A stretch of DNA of 64,000 nt, taken from assembly GCA_022842465.1 (NCBI GenBank), contig JALHPN010000002.1, positions 40,391 to 104,390 of the forward strand, given 5' to 3'. Source of the stretch: Polyangiaceae bacterium (GTDB lineage: Bacteria > Myxococcota_A > Polyangia > Polyangiales > Polyangiaceae). Below, one piece after another: positions 52,546 through 62,318 of the stretch. Under the pieces are notes generated by a model. The model worked only from the letters and a program-made list of their open reading frames with translations, did not search any database and was not told the origin of the DNA. Position 1 is the stretch's first letter. Each line of letters opens with the position of its first letter. The translations under genes were made by a program, and so were the position numbers.

Positions 52546-54507
52546 ATGAAGCGGCCGATTCGAGGCGTCGTCGCGGTCTCTCTCCTCGCCCTCGTCTCGT
52601 GCCGCCGTCCCGCTCGCGTCGAGGCCGACGCGAGCGTCGGTGTCGACGCGGCGCGCGAGGTCTCGGTGGTCCCCGTGGCCGTCGACGTCACCGCGAACGC
52701 CTCGACGGTGTGGGACGCAGGACCTTCCGTCGTCCCGGCGGGCGAGGTCGACGGCGCCGCCCTCCGCGCGCGCCATCGCGCTCGCCTCGTGAAGGACACG
52801 AGCGCGGTCGCCGTCCTCCGCGGCGGCAGCGCGCGCGAGCTCGGACGGCGGATCTGCGAGGCGAAGGTCCCGCCTCGCGCGAAGGACACGCCGATCCTGA
52901 TCAAGCCCAACCTCGGCGGCTTCGAGTGGTTCAAGGATCCGGCGAAGTCGGGCGGCGACGACGGCGTCCGCGGGCGCATCACCGACCCGGAGTTCGTGCG
53001 CGGGATCGTGGAGTGTCTGAAGGCGCGCGGCCACACGAAGATCACCGTCGCCGAGGGGTGGGGCGCGACGCACGCCGACTTCCAGAAGCTCGCGAAGGTC
53101 TCGGGCTACGAGGCCGTGACGACGGAGCTCGGCGTTCCCCTCGTCGCGATGGACGACGACGGGGTCTTCGACGTCGAGGGAGACCAGCCCGGCAAGCCCC
53201 TCCGCGTCCGCGGCATGGAAGGGAGCCACGCGCCGACGCTGCTCGTCCCGAAGATCCTCGCCGAGCACCTCGACCGCGGGCTCTTCATCTCGGCGCCCAA
53301 GATCAAAAACCACCGCTTCGGCGTCACGTCCGTCGCGATCAAGGGCGGCCAGGGCACCGTCATGCTCTCCGACGCCTCGCCCGCGTTCCGCCAGAAGTGG
53401 CGGATGCACAGGGAGCTCGGCGACGCGCTGACGTTGCTGAAGAGCGACCCGGAGGCCGGCAAGAAGGCGTACCTCGCCTCGCTCGAGGTCTTCGCCGAGC
53501 GGATGGCCGACGTCCTCGAGGTGAACGCGCCCGACGTCGTCCTCGCCGAGGGCGCGCCGATGATGGGCGGGGACGGGTTCGGCAAGCGCTGGCCGTCGGC
53601 GGAGAGCGTCGCCGTCGGCGGCACGAACCCGATCCTCGTCGACCGCGTCGCCGCCGAGCTGCTCGGGGTCTGGGACAACGAGGCGCTCGCCCGCGAGCTC
53701 GGGGGCCACCGGACGTCACCGCTCCTCACGACGGCCGCGAAGCGCTTCGGCGTCGCGATCGACAGGCCCGCGGTCGAAGGCGACGGCAAGGACCTCCTCG
53801 CGACCCGCCGGCCCGTCCACTACGTGTCGATGAGCGGCTTCGCGCTTCATGCCGACGAAGGAGGCGAGGCTGCCGCGCGTCCCGAGGCGCGTGCGCTCGG
53901 GATCACGGAGGGGACCCTCGTCGTGGACGGCGTGCGCGAGCCCGCGTGGGACAAGGCTCCGGTCGTCTCGTTCGACACGGACTGGTCGGGCAAGCCGACG
54001 GGGGTTTTGACCCGTGTGCGCTTCGCCTGGTCGGAGCGCGCGCTCACCATGCTCTGGGAGCTCGAAGGCGCCGGGCTCTCCGTCGACGCGTCGCGCCCGG
54101 CCGACGTGGAGCGGCCGAAGCTCTACGAGGAGGATTGCGTCGAGCTCTTCCTCGCCCCCGATCCGGCGATCCGGAAGCGCTACCTCGAGGTGGAGCTCGG
54201 CCCGCGCGGGCACTTCTTCGACATCGACGTCGACCGGACCGCGAAGCCCGCGAAGAGCGACGCGGCGTGGTCGAGCGTGCCCACGATCGCGACGAGGGTC
54301 GACCCCGCGGCGCGCACGGCCACGATCGAGGTCGCCCTTCGCGCGCCGGAGATCACGTCGGCCCTCCGCAAGGGCGCGCGTCTCCCGCTCGGTCTCTACC
54401 GGATGGAGGGGAAGGGCGAGCGCCTGTATCTCGCCTGGAGCCCGACGCGCACGAAGCGCCCGGACTTCCACGTTCCCGACGCGTTCGGCACCCTCGTCCT
54501 CGAGTGA
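52546..54507 (+). CDS. Lipoprotein with DUF362 domain and C-terminal CBM9-like domain
   Basis: Lipobox LVSC; ILIKPN, TDPEFVRGIV, ITVAEG, ISAPKIKNH, NPILVDRVAAELLG; VVDGVREPAW, LYEEDCVELFL, DFHVPDAFGTLVLE. Confidence 0.83.
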   Translation: MKRPIRGVVAVSLLALVSCRRPARVEADASVGVDAAREVSVVPVAVDVTANASTVWDAGPSVVPAGEVDGAALRARHRARLVKDTSAVAVLRGGSARELGRRICEAKVPPRAKDTPILIKPNLGGFEWFKDPAKSGGDDGVRGRITDPEFVRGIVECLKARGHTKITVAEGWGATHADFQKLAKVSGYEAVTTELGVPLVAMDDDGVFDVEGDQPGKPLRVRGMEGSHAPTLLVPKILAEHLDRGLFISAPKIKNHRFGVTSVAIKGGQGTVMLSDASPAFRQKWRMHRELGDALTLLKSDPEAGKKAYLASLEVFAERMADVLEVNAPDVVLAEGAPMMGGDGFGKRWPSAESVAVGGTNPILVDRVAAELLGVWDNEALARELGGHRTSPLLTTAAKRFGVAIDRPAVEGDGKDLLATRRPVHYVSMSGFALHADEGGEAAARPEARALGITEGTLVVDGVREPAWDKAPVVSFDTDWSGKPTGVLTRVRFAWSERALTMLWELEGAGLSVDASRPADVERPKLYEEDCVELFLAPDPAIRKRYLEVELGPRGHFFDIDVDRTAKPAKSDAAWSSVPTIATRVDPAARTATIEVALRAPEITSALRKGARLPLGLYRMEGKGERLYLAWSPTRTKRPDFHVPDAFGTLVLE

Positions 54508-54537
54508 GGCACGCGACCGGCGCGGCGCGTCCCCGGC

Positions 54538-55287
54538 TCAGCGACCGCCGAGACCGAAGGCCGTACCCATGTCGAACGTGACCCAGCCGAGGTCCTTGCC
54601 ATCGACCGTCATCTTGGCGGGGCCAGAGAGGTCGTCCTCGTTCGCAGGCATGTAGAGCTTGAACTGCGCGACTTCGACGCCGTCCTTCAGGAACGTGTAG
54701 ACGCCGAGCTCCTCCTGGTGCGTGACCTGCGCGTCCGGGTCGGGGAGGCTGTCTGCGAAGGCGCTCACCCACGTGCGGACGACGTTCGGGCTCTTCGTGG
54801 AGCCCTCGTCCGTCCGCTCGAGCTCGTCGACGCCCTCGAGCATCTCGCCGACGTCCTTGCCGAAGGCGCGCTTCACGCTGCCGTCCTTCAGCGCCACCGT
54901 GAAGACCTTGGTGCCCACGGTGAGGTAGGCGTCGCCGCAGCGTTGGAGCGCTCCGAGGTCCTTGCCGTCCTTGTCGAGGAACTTGATGCTCCACGCCGGC
55001 GGGCAGCGCGGAACGCCGTTCGCGGGCGTCAGCTCGCCGAGCTGGAGGCTCTCGGTGAGGGCCGCGAGCTTGTTGACCTTGGTGATCGACGTGGTCGTGC
55101 CGCGTTCGAGGAGGACCGCCGAGGTCGTCGCATCCGCGATCGCCTTGCGAACGTCGACGTTCGTGGCGCCCTGGCTCGACGCGCCCTGCGCGTCGCCTGC
55201 GTCCTCGGACGGAGGGGCGGCACAACCGACGAGGGCCGTCACCGCGAGGGAGAGCGAGAAACCGAGGGTGCGGAGGGTCGAGCGCAT
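54538..55287 (-). CDS. Hypothetical lipoprotein
   Basis: Lipobox LVGC; normal composition; no family recognised. Confidence 0.82.
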   Translation of the reverse strand: MRSTLRTLGFSLSLAVTALVGCAAPPSEDAGDAQGASSQGATNVDVRKAIADATTSAVLLERGTTTSITKVNKLAALTESLQLGELTPANGVPRCPPAWSIKFLDKDGKDLGALQRCGDAYLTVGTKVFTVALKDGSVKRAFGKDVGEMLEGVDELERTDEGSTKSPNVVRTWVSAFADSLPDPDAQVTHQEELGVYTFLKDGVEVAQFKLYMPANEDDLSGPAKMTVDGKDLGWVTFDMGTAFGLGGR

Positions 55288-55302
55288 GATTCCCCACCTT
55301 GG

Positions 55303-55318
55303 AGCAGGAACCGGACCA
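55303..55318 (-). promoter_or_regulatory. Putative sigma54 promoter (TGGTCCGGTTCCTGCT)
   Basis: TGG-N10-GCT on the minus strand, 15 nt upstream of the lipoprotein ATG. Confidence 0.5.
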
Positions 55319-55443
55319 CGCCCTTGACGTCGGCACGCCCGAGCGATTCCGTGGCGTTCGACAGCCGCTCGCCCCCTCGAGCGAGGGATCGATCTCGAAC
55401 TGGGATCACCTTCGGCGCGGCCGCGACGGCACCGCCGCGACGC

Positions 55444-56112
55444 TCACGCGATCTGCGCGTGCGCGAGCCACGCCTCGAACCGCGCGTCGGCGTCCGCGAA
55501 CGGGCTCTCCACGTCCCGCTTCACGAGGACGCCGCCCGGCACCCGCACCAGCGTGACGCCCGGCGGCGGCGGGCGGGGGAGCGCCCGCATGCGCGCCGAG
55601 GGGACGAGCATCCTCCACGTGACCGCGTGGGCATGGCCCTGCATCTCGAGGACGTCCTCGTCCACGGATCGCGGCTCGGGCTGCACCGACACGACCGCCG
55701 CGGCGCACCCTTCGAGCTCCGTCGCCGCCTCGACGAGCGTGCTCGCGGCGAGCGCGACCGCCGCCTCCGCCTCCGAGCGTCGCGGACGCTCCAGACAGAG
55801 CCCCACGCGGACCTTCACCTCGTCCTCCGGCTGGCTCGCGATCCAGAAGACCGGGTCGCCCGGGAGCGCGAAGGACGAGCCCGCCGAGAGCTCCACGCTG
55901 CCGCCACGCGCGAGCTGCGCCGCCTTGACCGTCGCCGTCTGCGAGAAGCGGGCAGGCAGGACCTCCCGGCGCGTCCCGCGCGTCACGCGGACGTGGAGCC
56001 CCTCGTTCGGGCAGAAGGCCTGCACGAACGTGGAGAAGAGCTCGCTCGTCGTCTCCAGCGACGCCTCGGCGTCGAACGACAGCGAGCACACGAGGAAGCG
56101 CCGTTCCCGCAT
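55444..56112 (-). CDS. Hypothetical protein (possibly immunity-like)
   Basis: Coding-like segment from ATG 56112; the rest of the long ORF is the antisense shadow of the acyl-CoA dehydrogenase. Confidence 0.65.
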   Translation of the reverse strand: MRERRFLVCSLSFDAEASLETTSELFSTFVQAFCPNEGLHVRVTRGTRREVLPARFSQTATVKAAQLARGGSVELSAGSSFALPGDPVFWIASQPEDEVKVRVGLCLERPRRSEAEAAVALAASTLVEAATELEGCAAAVVSVQPEPRSVDEDVLEMQGHAHAVTWRMLVPSARMRALPRPPPPGVTLVRVPGGVLVKRDVESPFADADARFEAWLAHAQIA

Positions 56113-56160
56113 CACCGCCCTCTCGCCGCGCGCGCCCCCTGGGACTACGCTAGGCCCGTC

Positions 56161-57828
56161 ATGCCGTTCTACCAGACCCCTCCCGCCCTGGGGAACCAGT
56201 ACGTGGAAGACGACGTGCTCCGCCGCTACCTGCGGCACACGCTGCCGCCTGACGTGCTGAGGCGTGTGGAGCCGGAGCTCCTCGAGCTCGGCGAGCTCGC
56301 AGGTGGGGATCTGTTCCGGCAGTCGGTCGAGCAGCGAAGCGACGAGCCGAAGCTCGTGCCCTGGGATGCCTGGGGAAACCGGGTCGATCACATCGAGCTC
56401 TCCCCGCTGTGGAAGCGGGCCGCGCGGCTGACCGCGGAGAAGGGAATCGTCGCCACCGCCTACGAGCGGAAGAGCGGCGCCCTCTCGCGCGTCCACCAGT
56501 TCGCGTTGCTCTACGTCATCGACCGGGCGTGGCACGTCTACTCCTGCCCCCTCGCGATGACGGACGGCGCGGCGAAGACGCTGCTCGTCTCGAAGAACCA
56601 GGCCCTCGTGGAGCGCGCCGTCCCCCGCCTCACCAGCCGGGACCCCGAAGCGGCGTGGACGAGTGGGCAGTGGATGACGGAGCGAACGGGCGGCTCCGAC
56701 GTCGGGATCTCGGAGACGGTCGCGCGCGCGGACGGCGACGCCTTCCGTCTCTACGGGACGAAGTGGTTCAGCTCCGCGACGACCTCGCAGATGGCGCTGA
56801 CCCTGGCCCGTCCGGAGGGCAATCCGCCGGGAGGAGGAGGCCTCGCGCTCTTCTACCTCGAGGTCCGGAACCCCGACGGTTCGATGAACGGCATCCAGGT
56901 GAACCGCCTCAAGGAGAAGCTCGGCACGCGCATGGTGCCGACCGCGGAGCTCACCCTCGACGGCGCGCGCGCGTTCCCCGTCCTCGGCACGAAGGACGGG
57001 GTCAAGAACATCACGCCGATGCTCACGATCACGCGCACCTGGAACGCGGTCTGCGCGGTCGGTGGGATGCGTCACGCGCTCGCGCTCGCGAAGGACTACG
57101 CGCGGAAGCGCGTCGCGTTCGGCGCGGCGCTCGCCGACAAGCCCCTCCACGTCGACACGCTCGCGGCGCTCGAGGCAGAGTACGAGGGCGCGTTCCTGAT
57201 GACGTTCCGGGCCGTCGAGCTGCTCGGCAAGGAAGAGGCGGGGGAGCTCACCGAGCAGGAGGCGGCGCTCCTCCGGCTCCTCACGCCGATCGTGAAGCTC
57301 GTGACCGGCAAGCAGGCGGTCGCGATCGCGAGCGAGGCCCTCGAGGCCTTCGGCGGCGCGGGGTACATCGAGGACACGGGGCTCCCGCGCCTCCTCCGCG
57401 ACGCGCAGGTGCTCCCGATCTGGGAGGGGACGACGAACGTCCTCTCGCTCGATCTGCTCCGGGCGGTCGCGAAGACGGGGAGCCTCGAGCCGATCGCACG
57501 CGAGGTGGGCGGGGCCGTTTCCGGCTGCGAGCCGTCGCTCGTGCCGGTGGCGGAGCAGGTGATCCGCGCCGTCGATCACGCGCAGGCGTGGCTCGGTCGC
57601 ACGCTCGAGGCCGGCGGCCCGGCGGGCGTGGAGGCAGGCGCCCGCCGGCTCGCGATGACGCTCGGCCGCGCCCTCCAGGCCGCGCTCCTCGTCCGCGAGG
57701 CGACCCGCTCGCGCGAGGAGAACGACCACGCGAAGCCCGCCGCGGCCGCCCGTCGGTACGCCCGGAACGGGATCGATCAGATCGTCGACGACCCCCTCGA
57801 CGCCGACGCGCGCATCTTGGTCGGCTGA
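56161..57828 (+). CDS. Acyl-CoA dehydrogenase family protein (AidB-like)
   Basis: CPLAMTDGAA, GQWMTERTGGSDV, GTKWFSS, RLKEKLG, EAFGGAGYIED, RDAQVLPIWEGTTNV. Confidence 0.94.
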   Translation: MPFYQTPPALGNQYVEDDVLRRYLRHTLPPDVLRRVEPELLELGELAGGDLFRQSVEQRSDEPKLVPWDAWGNRVDHIELSPLWKRAARLTAEKGIVATAYERKSGALSRVHQFALLYVIDRAWHVYSCPLAMTDGAAKTLLVSKNQALVERAVPRLTSRDPEAAWTSGQWMTERTGGSDVGISETVARADGDAFRLYGTKWFSSATTSQMALTLARPEGNPPGGGGLALFYLEVRNPDGSMNGIQVNRLKEKLGTRMVPTAELTLDGARAFPVLGTKDGVKNITPMLTITRTWNAVCAVGGMRHALALAKDYARKRVAFGAALADKPLHVDTLAALEAEYEGAFLMTFRAVELLGKEEAGELTEQEAALLRLLTPIVKLVTGKQAVAIASEALEAFGGAGYIEDTGLPRLLRDAQVLPIWEGTTNVLSLDLLRAVAKTGSLEPIAREVGGAVSGCEPSLVPVAEQVIRAVDHAQAWLGRTLEAGGPAGVEAGARRLAMTLGRALQAALLVREATRSREENDHAKPAAAARRYARNGIDQIVDDPLDADARILVG

Positions 57829-57968
57829 ACGCGCCTTGCGCGTGTGAACGGCGGATCACGCGCGCCTCGCTCCGCGGGACACACACCGGGGGCCGCGTGG
57901 GCAGGGAAGCCCCTCGAATCGCGCGCGTGGGCGCCTGGTACGTTCTCTGCTCCCGGCCTGAGCTCCCC

Positions 57969-59012
57969 ATGCGGTACCGAACCCTCGTCGCGCGACTCGC
58001 CGTCCTCACGACCACCACCCTCCTCGTCTCCGCCACCGCGAGCTGCTCGAGCAGCGACGACGCCCCGAATCCGTGCGCAGGCGTCCCCGAGGGGGACGAG
58101 GCGTGCCTCACGGCGCGGTACCTCCCGAGCGGCAGCTCGGCGGAAGCGCGTTGTCCCGGCTTCGCCATCACCGACGAGCAGATCGCCGGCCGTCGTGAAG
58201 TGGGGTTCTTCAAGGCGAGCTCCGTCAGCGAGAGCGCGATGGTCGGCTACGGGCAGGGGCTCCGCACGTTCTACGAGCCGTACGGCCTCACGTTCTTCGT
58301 GCGGAGCTTCCACGAGGGGGCGCCGCTCGCCCACGCGATCAGCGGCACGAACGCCGAGCTCGCGGAGGCGACGGCCAAGGCGGGCATCCGCGCCGGGGAG
58401 ACGCCGACGCCGGAACAGGACGCGGCGCTCGAGAAGCTCGTGAACGACGTGCTCTTCGGGCCGCTCCGCGACTTCGTCCGGTCGCAGTCGAGCCCCGTGC
58501 AAGACCGCGTGAGCATCGTCGTGCTCGGTCGAGTCACGGCGCCGGACATCGCGCGCCAGCTCGAAGGCGTCATCGGCGGCCTAGGCCTGTCGCCCCGGCT
58601 CTTCCGCGACATCGCTGCGGGCGACGGGAACAAGAACCTCTTCGAGCTGATGGCGCTGCCGGAGGACTTCACGCCCACGCTCTTCCTCGGTCACGACGAC
58701 ATCACCCGCTTCTCCGCGAATCGAGACGGCATCGTCTCGCACGAGATGGGTCATGCGCTCGGGCTCCAGCACACGAGCGTCGCGGGCAACGTCATGACCC
58801 AGGGCCAGACGAAGCAGAGCTGCGTCCCCGGCCTCGACGGCGCCCAGGTCGCCCAGCTTCGCCAGGGCCTGACGGAGGAGGACGTGCATGCGACGCGCGA
58901 GAGCTGGGAGAAGCTCTTCGACCTCCGCGCGAAGCTGCACGCGCAGCTCCGAGGCACCTCGCCGCGGGGGCAGCCCCTCGGCCGCCCTGCGTCAGCGCCG
59001 GAACGAAGGTGA
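57969..59012 (+). CDS. Lipoprotein zinc metalloprotease (metzincin/matrixin-like)
   Basis: Lipobox TASC; HEMGHALGLQH zinc-binding motif and Met-turn NVMT. Confidence 0.87.
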   Translation: MRYRTLVARLAVLTTTTLLVSATASCSSSDDAPNPCAGVPEGDEACLTARYLPSGSSAEARCPGFAITDEQIAGRREVGFFKASSVSESAMVGYGQGLRTFYEPYGLTFFVRSFHEGAPLAHAISGTNAELAEATAKAGIRAGETPTPEQDAALEKLVNDVLFGPLRDFVRSQSSPVQDRVSIVVLGRVTAPDIARQLEGVIGGLGLSPRLFRDIAAGDGNKNLFELMALPEDFTPTLFLGHDDITRFSANRDGIVSHEMGHALGLQHTSVAGNVMTQGQTKQSCVPGLDGAQVAQLRQGLTEEDVHATRESWEKLFDLRAKLHAQLRGTSPRGQPLGRPASAPERR

Positions 59013-59050
59013 GGGCGACCGTCGGTGCTCGGCGTGCCCCCTCGTGCGCT

Positions 59051-59542
59051 TCACGGCTCCGGCGCATAGGCCGTGCTGCTCCACCGCATCCCCGCGCGTA
59101 GGTGCGCGACGAGCGCGGGATCGGTCACCTCGATGTCCAGCACGATCTGGAAGAGGTTGTCCTCGTCGCCGTAGATCGTGGCGTAGGTGTCCTCGTCGTA
59201 GCCACGCGCATGGAACGTCGGGTCCTCGTTGCGCCGCCCACGCTCCGTGACGGCGGCGATGAAGCTCGCCGCGAGCGAAGGATCCGCGTCGAGATCCTCG
59301 TCCGAGACGAGTCGGTCGAGCAGGCCACGTGGCGGGTACGACGGGAACGCGACGTTGTAGCGACCGGGACGGTTCTGGTGGAGCTGGACCGTTCCCGTCG
59401 AGCCATCACACAGGAGCATGAGCGCGAAGCCGGCGGTCACCCTGTCGTCGAACGGCGGCTCCGGCACCCTGCACGCCACCACGCGTACGCGCGCTCCTTC
59501 GACCTCGTCCACCCGCACCACGTCGAACGTCGGCGTCGACAT
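59051..59542 (-). CDS. Hypothetical protein
   Basis: Acidic 163-aa ORF with normal composition and a promoter-like box upstream. Confidence 0.7.
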   Translation of the reverse strand: MSTPTFDVVRVDEVEGARVRVVACRVPEPPFDDRVTAGFALMLLCDGSTGTVQLHQNRPGRYNVAFPSYPPRGLLDRLVSDEDLDADPSLAASFIAAVTERGRRNEDPTFHARGYDEDTYATIYGDEDNLFQIVLDIEVTDPALVAHLRAGMRWSSTAYAPEP

Positions 59543-59659
59543 CGCGGGGTCGTCTAGCACCGGAACGCGCCGGCACCCTCGCCGAACGTCGCGACGCTCC
59601 TCCGCTCGGGGACGTCCAGCCGCTCGCGATGCCGCGCGCGCATCGGGGCGAGAGGCTCC

Positions 59660-62227
59660 TCAGCGCTTCCTGGGCGCCGGCGGGGCGCTCGGGCCCTTCG
59701 GGACGGCGGCGCCCTTCGGACCCTTCTTGTCCTTCTCGTCCTCGTCCTCGTTCGCGGACTCCATCACGCGGGTGAAGACGTCCTTCAAGGAAGCGACCCG
59801 CTTCGCGTCCTTCGTGACGCGCTCGGGCTGGAAGACGCTCCCCTTCTGACCCTCGAGGAACGTCACCTTGTCGCCGCTCTTGTTCAGCGAGTACGCCGCG
59901 TCCACGGCGCCCTTCTTCGCGTCGCGCGAGAAGAGGACGAGGTCGTAGGCGCCGTCCGCGTCGGTGTCGTAGAACGCCCAGACGAGCCTTCCCATCCTGT
60001 AGAAGGCGGCCTCCCAGTCGTAGTCCTGCTGGCGCACGAGATCCTCGGCCGACTTCGTCGCGAGGTTCTTCGAGTCGCCGTCGAGGTCCACCATCGCGAC
60101 CGCCGCCCCCTTGTCGAGACGCTCGAGCGTGCGGCGCGGGACGCCGGCGACCTCGCCGAACGTCCACGGCGCGCGCACCATCGCCTGGAGGGGCTTCGGG
60201 AACGATCCGCGCCCCTCGTCGACGCCGCCCATCCCCATCTGCTGCGCGGCCTTCTTGGCCTTTTCGTTCACGAGCAGCGAGGCGCGCACGATCGAGCGGC
60301 CGACGTACTGGGGCAGCTTCTTGCCGTTCCCCGCCTTCAGGTCGAAGGCCTCGGTGGTGAACTGCGCCATGCGCCCGAAGAATTCGTCCTTGTCCGACGG
60401 GTTCTTCGCGAAGAGCGCGAGGTCGAGCTTCCCGTCGCCGTCGCTGTCGTACATCGCCCAGCGTCCGTTCGGCCGGCCCACCGAGACGAAGTCGGGCGTG
60501 AGCTGCCGCTTCTCGACGAGCGTGCGGGCGTCGTCCCCGCTCTTCAGCGCCTGGAGCGCGGCGCTCCGCGTGTCGATGAACATCATGTCGCCCGACGGCC
60601 CGAACGCGTGGACCGCGACGGGCTTCTCGTCCGGCTTGCCCATCCCCATCGAGCTCGCGCTGGCGTTCTGGACGGAGCCCGCGAACGGGTCGGGGACGGT
60701 GACGTTCTCTGCGATGGCGAGCGTCGCCTCCGACGACATCTTCGTCCAGCCGAGCGCCTGCGCGACGACGCCGAGCCGCGACTTCTGCTCGGGCTTCTCG
60801 ACGAGCGCGACGTCGACGGGCTTCTTGTCCTTTCCCTCGAGCGACTTGTCCTCGTCGAAGCGGCCGTTCTTCAGGCGCCACGCGACGTCGACGTCACCGT
60901 CGGCCTCCTTGTCGCGCATCATGAGGTCCCACCGCCCGTCGCCGTCGGTGTCGTAGAAGACGAAGAGATCCTCGCCGTGCTTCAGCGTGGCGATCTCCGC
61001 GTCGAACGGTCGGTCCTTCGTGCGCTTCTGCGCGTCGTCGTCCTGATCGAGATCGATGAACGTCGCCTCCACGCCGCCGAAGCCGAAGCCGCGGCCGATG
61101 CTGTTGCCGACGAGCTTCGCGGTCTCCTTCTTCCCGTCGCCGTCGAGGTCCTCGAACGTCGCCTCGCTGCCCCCCTCGCACCAGGGGTCGGGCACGACCT
61201 GGACGGCGCCCGTCGGGAGGTCCTTCATGAACGCGCGGATCTCGGCGACGTGCACGTGGAAGGCCACGGTCGTCGCGTCGAAGCGGAGCGACTCGTTGAG
61301 GCCCACGAGCTCGCCCTTGGCGTTGAGGAGCGGCCCGCCGCTGTCGCCGTGGGTGATGTTGCAGCTCGTCTGGACGGCGAGGCCTTGCGTGGAGCTCGCG
61401 ATCTCCTCGCGGATCTGCCGCTTCCGCGCCTCGCACTGCTCTTCCCGCCGCTTCGACTCGCTCTCGGAGTCGGAGAGGTCCTTCAGCTTGCAGTCGCCGA
61501 CCTCGAGGATGCTCGTGTCCCGCGTCTGATCGCCGATCCCGGAGATGTTGCAGACCTTCGCCGCCCAGAGCAGGCCGATGCCCGCGTGGCCGATCGAGAC
61601 CACGTGCTCGCCGACCTGCGGATCCGCGGCCGAGAGCTTCACGGCGACGAGCCCCTTCGGCGGGTTCTTCATGCGGATGACGGCGAGGTCCTTCACGGCG
61701 TCCGCCTTCACGACGGTGCCCTCGTACGTCTTCCCGCTCCGCGTCACGCGCCCGGTGGCCTCGACCTCGGCGATCTCGAGCGAGACGTGCATCGTGAGAT
61801 CGGGCTGGAGGAAGTCGTCGACGACGTGGTGATTCGTGAGGACCAGGCCCTCTGCGGCGTCGACGACGACACCGGAGCCGAGGCCGTCGCGCGTGCGGAT
61901 GATGACCGTCGACGGCGCGGCGACGCGGTAGGCCTCGGAGGGGGACAGCGAGCCGGCGAGCGGGTCGGTGCGGTACTTCTCTCGGCTCGCCCCGGCCGCG
62001 GCCGGGGTGTCCTTCGCGCCGAACGCCTCGAGCAGGCGCTGCTTGCCGATGCAGCTCCGCGGGGAGGCCACCTCGCGCTCGCGCTCGAGGCTCTCGCCGA
62101 CGTTCTTGGCGTTCGGGGACGCGGGCCCCGAGGCCGCGCCGCCGGACGAGCCGCAGGCGACGAGCGGGAGCGCCGCGCCGAGGAGGGAGAGGACGAGGGC
62201 CGACGTGCGACGTGCGGGCGAGATCAT
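59660..62227 (-). CDS. Lipoprotein trypsin-like serine protease with DxDGDG calcium-binding-type repeats
   Basis: Lipobox LVAC; GSGVVV, TNHHV, KDLAV, GDSGGPL triad motifs; repeated YDxDxDG motifs. Confidence 0.9.
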   Translation of the reverse strand: MISPARRTSALVLSLLGAALPLVACGSSGGAASGPASPNAKNVGESLEREREVASPRSCIGKQRLLEAFGAKDTPAAAGASREKYRTDPLAGSLSPSEAYRVAAPSTVIIRTRDGLGSGVVVDAAEGLVLTNHHVVDDFLQPDLTMHVSLEIAEVEATGRVTRSGKTYEGTVVKADAVKDLAVIRMKNPPKGLVAVKLSAADPQVGEHVVSIGHAGIGLLWAAKVCNISGIGDQTRDTSILEVGDCKLKDLSDSESESKRREEQCEARKRQIREEIASSTQGLAVQTSCNITHGDSGGPLLNAKGELVGLNESLRFDATTVAFHVHVAEIRAFMKDLPTGAVQVVPDPWCEGGSEATFEDLDGDGKKETAKLVGNSIGRGFGFGGVEATFIDLDQDDDAQKRTKDRPFDAEIATLKHGEDLFVFYDTDGDGRWDLMMRDKEADGDVDVAWRLKNGRFDEDKSLEGKDKKPVDVALVEKPEQKSRLGVVAQALGWTKMSSEATLAIAENVTVPDPFAGSVQNASASSMGMGKPDEKPVAVHAFGPSGDMMFIDTRSAALQALKSGDDARTLVEKRQLTPDFVSVGRPNGRWAMYDSDGDGKLDLALFAKNPSDKDEFFGRMAQFTTEAFDLKAGNGKKLPQYVGRSIVRASLLVNEKAKKAAQQMGMGGVDEGRGSFPKPLQAMVRAPWTFGEVAGVPRRTLERLDKGAAVAMVDLDGDSKNLATKSAEDLVRQQDYDWEAAFYRMGRLVWAFYDTDADGAYDLVLFSRDAKKGAVDAAYSLNKSGDKVTFLEGQKGSVFQPERVTKDAKRVASLKDVFTRVMESANEDEDEKDKKGPKGAAVPKGPSAPPAPRKR

Positions 62228-62318
62228 GGATGGGGGATGCTCACCGATGGGGTCCGGCAGGCGCAAGGATCCGGCAGCGGCGATCGGGATCTACGCTCCT
62301 CCCGCGCTCCCTCTTCCG

